Positions 50,552-61,600 of a stretch of DNA of 64,000 nt are shown here, piece after piece. This DNA is from Phoronis australis (taxonomy: Eukaryota; Animalia; Phoronida), in NCBI GenBank assembly GCA_002633005.1, contig NMRA01000033.1, forward strand, positions 952,611 to 1,016,610. Reading direction: 5' to 3'. The translations under genes were made by a program, and so were the position numbers. Under the pieces are notes generated by a model that saw nothing but the letters and a program-made list of their open reading frames with translations, had not been told where the DNA came from and did no database searches. Within the stretch, counting starts at the first letter, position 1; each line of letters opens with the position of its first letter.

Positions 50552-53500
50552 GTGAGTTTCTTCAAGACTTATTCCTGACATTATTACGGCGAAATGGCCT
50601 TGGTGTTCAGGTTACTGCTGGCAAGCGAGTTCATTTATGTGCACTGTCAAAAACGATTTCGGCGGATGTTCTTATAAAAATTTTAAATTGTACAATTTAG
50701 TGATATATTGCTGTGCTTTGCACGAATATGTTTAGTATTTTTCAATGATATAAGACCATTATCTTTTCACCTCATGAATAGATGGCAGTGGCAGGTTTAC
50801 AAAGGCCCGAATAAGGGGTAATTGCTCCCAGGGAGGACCCCGTCTAAAAGGGGAACCCTTAATACGAAAGGCTTAATATCAATAAACACGGAAAAAAGCG
50901 ACAACATGTTCCATTACCCTGTGACCCGCCAACAATGACATAGCTTCCTTGTTGGGGACAAATGAAACAGCAAGAATAATATATATTTAAAGTTGTGTTG
51001 GAAATTTCAGGGTTACACGTCTACAAATAAATATTTAACAGAAGGAACCAGATGAGTTCCCTAATTACAGGAGATAACACACAGATTTACGATATCCAAT
51101 GTGTTATTGAGTATGGTATACTTAGTGGCACAGGTTAGCATAGTACCAAATGGGTACATAATACCAAATGGGTATTGGCGATTGCCTACAAGATGGGTCG
51201 AGCAAAACGGCAAATTCAATAACAATTACCAAAAGGGTACAAACTGCCAAATGGGCAACTATCATATAAAGTACAAAGTGGGTACACCAAACAGCCAACT
51301 GGGCTATAACAACCTGCACAGCAGGTTCCGGACAAGCGGAGTGAGCACTGACCAACCGGAGTAATAAAAAGAGATATTGTAAGGAACGTGGTGTTGTGTC
51401 TCAGTTTGTGCCACATGGGCAGGGTTGTTCATGAATGAACAATCCGGTCCAACATAAAAGTTAAGTTGAACGATTACACAAAAGCAGGAAAACAGAGGCA
51501 ATCGATTCTATGAGCAATGCGTATACTTTCATTAAATGACTTTTAAGGAGACTGGAGATCAAGCAATTGAAATTCGTTTTTGATCTCCTGAATTTAAACT
51601 ACAAATATTGTACCTCTGTCAAAGATACTGCATTCAATGTCATCTGATTTGTAACTATTTTTGGGACACCCAGTGGAACTGTCCAAATTTCATCAAGTCT
51701 TTGAGAGATAGGCAAAATCGTCTAAGCTATTTTGCTATTTGGGGATCGGATTATAGAGATTTCCTTACTTCAGGCTGCAACTAAATTTACTGAAGCATCC
51801 TCAATTCTTACAAGATTAGTTTCTAATCTTCATCTATGAATCGATTTTTGTAGGTACATAAACATGTTACTCAAAAACCAACGAATTTGTTTATCAACGC
51901 GGATTGTTATGAGCAATATCCGAAGACAAGCTCGCAGATTTTTGACAGATAACCGGGGCAACATTGGAGATCAGGCCCTCCATTGAGTTTGGGTATTCCC
52001 CCTAGAATTTTTCTCAACTTATTCGCATTAACGCGTATTTTTGTTCATTTCTGAGGTACCTACAACGGTTGACGAGTTAAACTTAACTCCAAAAACCCGC
52101 TGAAATCTTTATGATTGCGAGTACTTTGAATACCCCTGTTAGACATGTCATCATACCCCGACAGCCTTTTCGACATGTGCGAATTCCTTACAAACAACTA
52201 GTGACGAAGAACTACTATTCTTGTGATACTATGGTAAAATTTAGCATTATTATACAACTAAGCACCGAAAAATGTCCTTTTGTGTAAGTCACAAATAGTA
52301 GTCTTCGCGTTCTTCAAAAATCCATCTTTTCCATGGCAGTCAGTCCTATTTTTTCATATTGTTGGTTGTTTGGGTCGACTGTCTTGATACTGCTGTGCTG
52401 TGCAGGGATGCTTTGTGTTTTTTAATCAATACGGAATCTAAACTTCCTCTCCTTGGCAGTGTCGGATTTACATATATGGCGGGACAAAGGGACAATTCCC
52501 CGAACCGCCCCACCGAGAAAAGCCTCTGCACGAGCACTCTTTGAGATGAAAGGCTAAATATCGTTAAGCATGGAAAAGAGTGCCACTTATTTCCACCCTC
52601 ATATGACCCTGCAAGAAGTGGCCTTCTTCAGCATGAAAGATTGTACGATTTCATAAAAACAGGAAAATAGAGGTAATCGATTCCAACATCGGGCCCTCTG
52701 TCTGTGAGCGACTCCTTAAGAATTTATCACACGAAATGGCTGGCCATTTGAATGTCATCAATAGCCCACCAGCCTTAAGGGCACGTGCCCCTAATTATAT
52801 AAAGATTATAGTTTCAAAAACATGAAATGAGCAGCAATTGATGCTATCTGTCAGGTCATCAATTTTCCTCTAGTGATATAAAAGTTTGAGTGCGTTTAGA
52901 AGATCTATACTGCAGATAAGGAGCCTAAAACAATGTCCTGGCCAGGGCCAGAAAAGTGTAAATCATGCACTGGTAGTAGACAAAATTAATGCTCTCTTGA
53001 ATTTTCTGTCTGTGTGTTTCGTTGTCTTTCTTTTCTCGACTGCCCCGGTCCCACGCTTGTGCCGTTTGTCACGGTTTTAACCGTGACCCCTGCCAATTAT
53101 TGAGGAGCACGTGCCCCCGCACCTCACTTCTCACTGTCCTGCAAGGAAAACTTCGATTAATAAATGGATTTCTAATAAACCCCGAGAAAAACAATACTAT
53201 TGCTCAGTTTGCATCTGACATGTACATGTATAAATTGATAACGAGGCATTTTGGTCGCAGACTGAAGGTGACTGATACAACGCACACCGGAACTTGCTTC
53301 GACTTTCTGCCTGCTCACCCGCGACCACGCTACGATAAATAACTAACGAATCATTATATCACGCATCAGAGAGGCGACATCACTACTGACCATGTTTTTA
53401 CGCCTCCTGGCCAGCGTGTGTGTGCCTGACAGGAGATTTCACAAATGAATGTGGGATTTCTGACTTGATGAGGAATAGGCCTATATTTTCCTTCAGGTTT

Positions 53501-55202
53501 TACAGAAAAGTGAAATTTATTCTTCTGCAGGTCACTTAATCATCCGTATCATGTGATTCGTGCTTCGTTTGTTATTCAAGGGAATAGCTCATGAAGTCTT
53601 GCGTGATCTCACGTGTGTGTAAAGTTCTCGCGTCTGCTCAGCGCACGCCACGAATTCCTCGTGTAGACCTCGCCTCGCATGCCCAAGTTGAACTTCCGAA
53701 TGGCACGGAACCCTGGCAAACGGCATCTTCTGCTGAGCCAGAAAAGCGTTGACTGAACTGATTATAAAAGACAATTATGCTCCAATTGGACTTCAACAGG
53801 CGCGCGTGCAATGGCGCAAGTTAAAAAAAAACGTTTCCCTATTGTCTATGGCGTGTAAAACACGTTCGATCGCTTTCTTCACCGCGCGTCTTCTTGGGTT
53901 AAATGAAGTATAGGAATATCTCTCCCATCCTGCACTCCATCACAGGTAGCTTCAATACTACATACAAGTACACACTTCACCCGTTCCTCGCCCACTCTTT
54001 CTGTATTATTTCCTAGGCATTGCCGAGTTACAAGCAACATTCCCTCATTCATTTAGACGTTGCTAAGTTGGCTGTCAGAATATTTCCGGTTGTACCCGAA
54101 GATGTCCGATCATAAATCTGAATGTTTTGATGTCGTGGTATTTGCAATGAGCCAGTGAGAGTGTGCTTTCAATTTGACATCGATAATGCCTTTAACTGAA
54201 GCAAAACATTATGAATATTGTATTGTATTGTCCTTGACGGCTTTACAGAGAACTTTTTTCTCTCGGGCGTTCTCATATTATACACTACGAAAACAAGGTT
54301 GGCAAGAGAATGAAAATCTAATTATAGAGTCAGAAACGGTGGCTTGAATAGGGCAATTTAAAAAACAAAATTATTGCTTTCCACGCGGTTGAAAAGTCAC
54401 CCGGATGGAAAGAACTTTTCCCCGGGTGGAAAATACCAAAACATTTGAGGAAGTGACGTGTACATGTGCATGCCCCCGTTCGCAAACGATGCACATTTTG
54501 CGCATTTACAGATACATGTACGTTGTTCCTATTGTAACACCATAGGAATCAGCCATTTTCCATGATTACGTATTGTTTAAGAATGTATTTTTGGACATTG
54601 GTGACATATTGAAAGTTAGCAGTTTTCAGGTGATCTAAATTTTCTGACCACCAACCCCAGGACGTCGTTACGACTGGCACCACAGATATCTAAAGGAACA
54701 CATTAGATGAGCTTAGTGGCCGATAAATGTGTCAACTGATCAATGGCACATTGAATCAAAGTTTCTGGACCCGAGTTTGGCGATGTCAGTTACATGTAAA
54801 ATTCAAATTAAACAAATCATGATCTTTGATACGGGTACAGAAGTAATCGGTAGCCACGTGTCCTTGCATTCTGTGTCAATAATCGCGCAAAATTATAAAT
54901 CCGTGTCCAAAGAAAATACCGACTCATTGCCAGGAAAACGCCAATGGCATCAATCTGTACGTAGAAAAAAGATCTAAATTTTGTGAAAACTCTTTTCTCG
55001 TTTAAATTCCTAACAATTCAAACCCAATAAAAATGCAAACAATCAAGTATTAAGCAGCCTTCAGAACAACTGAAGCATAAACGCGTAATTTCCAGTGCGA
55101 TTTAGTAAAGTTCAGTGATTATTTGCAAACATACTTGAACGCCTTGCAAGCGCCAATGTTGATTAGTGACCATAAAACAATGAAAATCAATTCATTTTGC
55201 AG

Positions 55203-55668
55203 GCTTCCAACGTTGCGAGTGGAAATCCGGGACTGGATGGGTATTGCCGCGATCGATATGGCTATCTTAAACCGGAAGACTTTGCAGAATGGACTTGCGC
55301 TGAGTGTTATAATTATTTGTTCGAGAAGGAAGCACTGCCGAACAATTCTTTCTTCAATGGAGGGCGATTCGAGACTGCAGGCAACGGAACAATAATTCGC
55401 CTCAAGGCAGGCCTGGATGTTAACACATGGAACGCCACCAAACGGATGAAAGTTTGCCAAAACCTGAATGGCGATGAGTGTGAGCGATGGACCGCGTGCT
55501 GCCGTAGTGCAAAGCAGTGTTGTAGGGAGCAACTATCGACACCGCGGACCATGACAGGAAATTTTTGCCCGAGAACGTGGGATGGATATGGGTGCTTTAA
55601 AGACACGATGCCCGGTCATACTGCACGCTTGGGGTGTCCCAGCTTTATACAGTACTCCATTCCTTCAG
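55203..55668 (+). CDS. GPCR exon: Cys-rich N-terminal module plus first half of hormone-binding domain
   Basis: ttttgcag|ASNVASGNPGLDGYCRDRYG...CCRSAKQCCREQL...CPRTWDGYGCFKDT...CPSFIQYSIPS|gtacgg. Confidence 0.92.
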
Positions 55669-58600
55669 GTACGGAATACTTAACTGTTAAATGCTATCCG
55701 TAACTATACATGCCTGTATCGATGATGCGGTAAGGACGGAATGCTTAAAACATCAGCTAACCTTACCGTTTTATATTGCCCCAAACGGTGACTGGCCACG
55801 TGGTGGGATGGTTGATGGGACTGACACCTGCAGGGAGTTGAGGGAATGTCCACGCTAACTTCACACCACAGTTGGTAGCATAGGGAGTACATGTATAATG
55901 AAAATTCACACAAGACATTCCTATCTGCTTGTTGTATGTACAAATGTTTTGAAGGTCTTATGTGCTAAGTTTAAGATGACTACTAATCGCTACAATACTT
56001 GGTCCCCATCATCATCTGATTTCAATCTTCTTAAACGCAGAAGCGAGACTGGGAAAAAATCATTTTCCTTTTATGGAACTCTCTCCCTGCAGATTCCAAA
56101 TCTACATCATCCTTTCTAACCTTTAAAATAATTATAAGAAATAGATTTAACTCCATGTAGTGTCTAAGAATTGCATGTTTATTCATTTGTTATTTATATA
56201 ATGTGTTACTTTTATTAATTATTTATTGTCTGTTTTAATTTTTTATATTTATATTTATATTTATATTTTTTTTAGTTAATTATCTTGTCTTATTTTCTTT
56301 ATCTTTTATTTATCATATTTTATTTTTAATTTACTTCATCAGTCTTTCCATTTTAATTTCTTATTCTTTGCTTATTACTTAAATTTGTCTTTCATTGTGT
56401 AATTCTGTTTCTGTCTTACTATCTGTTTTTTACTGAGGTCCCCATGGAAAGCAGTGTGAACTGATGGGGCTACCCTCATTGTAAATATTACATTAATAAA
56501 TAATGAATAAATAAATAAATAAATTTGCTTTCTTGAAAAAAATTAACTTTTGTAGTTTATATGGTATACAGGTACATCTATTTGTGTTTTAAACAAAATT
56601 ATCTCCTTCTCAACCAGACGACCACAGAGATACCACTCTTGCACACAAGTACTACTAACCAAACATACACCTACGCGAGACGTTGTCGTTGCACTTTTTC
56701 TTTGAATGCATAAAATGTAATAAATATGCAACTGCAGGACTCTTTCTTATTACCTCATTTAGTGACAGCTTCAAAGATGTGCACGGAAAACAGCACCTGG
56801 TATTCCTTGCCGGAAAATGGCGAGTGGACAAACTACACTGCCTGCATTGAAACAAGTGTAAGTTGTAACAGCGAGAGGTTCCAGAGGGACTGTTTGATTC
56901 ATGATTATACCGATTCTGTCGATGATATAGACTTCTTACATATCTGACCTTTAAGAACCACATGTTCTAAGTCTTCACTGAGACAACCGTTGCCTTACAT
57001 ATCGCACTCATTCACGTCATATTTCCAAAGTTGTTTGCTTTGATTGCTATTGTTGTCAACTCAGTTGGTTAAGGAAAGGTTAACAAGGAATTCTTTTTCT
57101 GTTTGTTTTGGTATTGTCTGATTCAGATTTTGAAAAGTTTCCGACTATTCAATCCCGCAACACTGCCTGTAAAGGAAGTGTGAACCAAACTGACGGGTTA
57201 AGATTTAGGGGAGCTCTCCCTTTGTTTTCGGAATCTTGTCCATATTATTTATTTCCTTTCATTACAGCACCATAAAATCGTTATATTCATCAGCATCGCC
57301 TGTAACGCTATAAGTATTGTGGTACTGATCCCCGCCGTTATTATACTGATCTCTTACCGGTAAGTTTCTTTTTCAATGGGGACACCTGGCGCTAGTAATG
57401 GCATTTCATTTCACAAGTTAGATAATAAAAGAATGTCGCCATTTCGAACCTAAAGCTATAATTTTTGTTGTTTCATCCTGTTAAGAAACAACCACATATT
57501 CAAACTGTACGATCAAGACAGCTAGTCAAAGGAAACTACAAGGGATTAACTATGTGTAGTTTTATTACACAAAACAATACAAAACTCGAAGAAATCACCA
57601 AGTAAAAAATACGGGAAGTTGCGACGTTTTCAGATAAAAACGAAGGGTTTATGTAAAATACAAATCATGCAACGACCAAGGCTTGCGTACATTTAGGAAA
57701 TATTGCGCGAGTGCTTCTATTTGTCCAATTTGCCAGTTCTTCAATCATGCTGCCCCTTGATAGTTGCGCATGACGTAATGTGTAACAATTGATTTTTTAC
57801 AGGCAGCTGAATTGTCAAAACAGGATCAAACTGCATTTGAACTTCTTCACGTGTTTCATCATCAATGGAATCGTGTTCATTCTGTGGAATATCTTCGTGT
57901 ACTACGACCGTCTTATCCTACCAGCAACGGACAGCCTCATATTCAAAAATACGGTAAGGCGAAACGATGTTGGACCTTTCAGAAGCATTTGATATAGTTA
58001 TCTCGTACGCCTGTCTTTGATATAATCCTCTCATCGTAATGTCCTAAAGTATTTTGGAAATTAATTTCGACTATGGTTTTGGGTAATTTGACGCGCCCAA
58101 ACTAAGTAGATATATTATATATCAAATTAACTTTTTATTGGAATGTACAAGTAAATTCATCGATAAAAACCCATGGGTGTGGTCTAGGACAACATGGGAG
58201 CCTGCTCATTGTTTCACGTCTTTGGGTTCTATTTTCAGGCAGGGTGTAAATTCTTGCACGCGCTCACGAGGTATACAAAGAGTTGCACTTATCTGTGGAT
58301 GTTCTTGGAAGGGTATTATTTGCATCGCTTGATTGTGAAAACATTTGTTCAGCCAAAGTCATTGTTATGGTTCTATATCATTGGCTGGGGTAAGTGTTCC
58401 GTTTGGATAAGAATACTAACTCTTGAAGAGTCAACATGTAAAATACTTTGAAAAAGTAAACACGTAAAACACTATACATGTAGCAGACCGACTATTGTAA
58501 CGTAGGCCTGCGATTTATTTTACTTCAGCCCGACGACAGGCGGAGCACTTCGGATGCTTCAGCAGATTAATGCTTTGGATTTGTAAAGCAGTTTAAAACC

Positions 58601-61600
58601 CAAGTGACTTCGTGAATGCGTTTTGAGATGTTAAAACGACCAAACGTTATATAAGATTCGGTCGCATAAAACGGGAACGTGCAAGACATAAACTCGTGGA
58701 AATACACCAGGAACTTGCTCTTATGTCCTGTGTGTATTTCAGCATTGCGTTGTTAATGTCGTTTTTTCATTCCACAGGATTTCCCGCCTTACCAACTGCT
58801 ATTTACAGCGTCATTCGAGTCTGTTTAGCTGACGAAAGGTACTGTTTCTAAAGTCAATTAAAGTGATGACGATTTCAGATTTATGATTAATACGTTTGTA
58901 TTTTTCGCGTGTTTTCTACAAAGCAGTTTCCCAAATTGACAAAACCTTTGTACTTTGTATTTGGCCTTTGCAAAAATCGATACAAAGACAAATCCATGTT
59001 ACCTACAAATATTGTTTCGTCCTGAGGAGCATTTCCACCAAGAGAATCGCTGATGCCAAGTTGAATTTGGGTTACAGTGTACATGTATATGCTATTTCAA
59101 AATATCATGGTTGGGTTGCATAAAACTTTTCATCAGGATAATTTTTATAATTCGATGACGCCATTTGCATTATTCAACAATAGCAACGTGATAATACGTG
59201 TCTTCCGAGTTTATCTTTTGTCCAACCTTGATTATACAGAAATAGAAAAAATATGTATTATATACATGTATATATCTAAAGGAAATGTAATTTTACAGTT
59301 GCTGGATTGTACAGTCTATTCCTGAGATCGAATGGATAATCTACACACCGAATCTACTTAGTTTGCTAGTGAGTATTTCAGAATCAAGCCCTACTAAATT
59401 CCTTTTATTGTTCACTATGCTCGCTGTCGAGAAAAATTCCTGTTCTTATTACTGACGCATTGTACAACCGCGTGATTGTCGTGTCGGGCTTTGCCGACAA
59501 GACACCTCGTTTCAGTCCACGATCAGCTAATGGTATAGGACTTCTGTCGGGCATTTCGGGTTTATGAACACCGACGTAATACTTAAGCAGCAACAGCGTC
59601 AAATTTCCGATGTTATTTTACAAAACTGAGATGAATCTTTGTTTTTCACAAACAAATTTTAGTTCCGTATTTTTATTGCTTGTTAGCACGGCCCCAGAAT
59701 AATGTCTTCGGAACAACTGACATATCTCAGAGATATTTTCAGGAATTACGAAGTTTGCAATGCTCTAATACCCAATGTTAGTGTTTCTTTTAAAGTGGTC
59801 TACTTTTGTAAGAGGTGCTATCAAAACAAGACTTTTATAGTTTGTATGAAAACGTGAAAAGGGGCATATTGTAACAGGAAAACGAAATGATAACTTCGAA
59901 AACTGTAAGGCCATTTTTGAGATTTCATCTAGCACATTAATAAAATTAAAACGAAGTTTGGTCATCTAACTGATGCCGTTGGTGGCTTACATGAACCTTA
60001 TTTTTTGCTTAATTTTACTAAAACAATACATGGTTACAAGACCAAATCAATAAAATATTGTTATAAAAACAAAAAAACATGTTCTGCAGGCTTTCTACTT
60101 CCAGGAAATATGAAACTTTTCCTGAGTTGAATTTTATAGTGTTGCAGATATGTGCCTGAATGTGAAGGCGTGTTGATAAGGTTCACTATAACCCTAAATA
60201 AAAATTCCGAGATTTTTGGAAGTTTGGGTAAGTAATGGGAGGTCAAAAATGACTCTTTAGATAACTGGGTACCTTTTCTGTAAAATATGTCTACATCTAA
60301 GTTTTCCTAAAATTAGAAATCGACGCCACATGAATTAACTACCATTTTATCCCATGTTCTGTTATTTCAAAATGGCCGTCTTCGTTGTGAATTCATCGGT
60401 TTCTAGATATGACGAGATTCTGGAATAGTGAAACGTCGATGTACATCCGTAAATTCCACAACCACTTCGGAAGTCGGACTGGGACATCGAAGCAGCGGTG
60501 AAACGCCGTAAAATGTAACAATTATTACATTTTATGTCACTGTTACATTTTACAATGTAAATAAAGACAGAGATTGGGCTTTCTAGTATTAATGGACGTG
60601 AAGCCACGTATCTCATGAAGTGCCATTTTTTGTTGTAGTTCACTGTCAACAAAGCGCGTCGTTGTAGGCAGATAAGGGAATTTGGTATACTAACCCTTTT
60701 GCTATATCACAGAAAATACCCATATTAAACATCGTTGAATTCGACGTTGGCCGTTTTTGTTCCATACAACCCACTTTCATTTTAACTCCTACCTATTACT
60801 TAACCAAAAGCCCAAAAATACTGGAATTTTCCTTTCACTTTTTGTATCTCCTATTCATGTCTGCCTCCGTGAAAACGATTTTGAAGTTTCGAAAACAGCC
60901 GAGTCTGTGCATTTTATCAGACCCTTTTCAGGTATTTATACGTTTAAAGCTTGTTCAATAAGGTTGGTGCTGCTTATTTCAGCGTTCATTTGCACGACAT
61001 GGCCTGTGTGTAATGATGCCCAATCTTATATTTCTGCTGCAGGTGAATATGGTGTTTTTATTTAACATACTAAGAATTTTACTCACTCAACTCCAAGCTC
61101 ATCCCAACGAGCCCAGCAACTACAGGTAAGACATAAAGTTTCTTAATCAACAAATTGAAAAGTTTGAAACTCTTGTTTGAAAGTTTTGTTTCAAACTGAA
61201 TTATCAGAAACACGGACAGGCATTTTAAATACAAAGTATTCTCCGGACTGGCATTTTAAATATGAAAGTATTTTCCAAAATGTCATGTTGGTCCCGTCAC
61301 AAATGGACAGCTATGTCAATTTTATGAATTTCGAAACCAAGACAAATGCTGTTTATTGCTTACAAATAAAATGTAGATGTAGACGAGGGCACAACACCAG
61401 TGAAACTATGGCTACCAACACACGTCGACAAAATGTTTAATACCCTCCTATATCGCGGTGAAACTATGTCAACCATTTTCCAATATGGCCTCCTATGAAT
61501 GCTACTTTCATTCCAGGCGCGCCATTAAAGCTACATTTATTCTCATTCCGCCGTTTGGAATACAGCTACTCATCATTATTTATCGACCAAATTCAGATAT

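Noticed and set aside
51101-51416. Overlapping ORFs with NGY/NG repeats
   Set aside because: Caused by short ccaaatggg(t/c)a repeats, probably TE subterminal sequence; no protein signature
55119-55606. Antisense ORFs of 137 and 97 aa
   Set aside because: Shadows of the GPCR coding exon on the opposite strand
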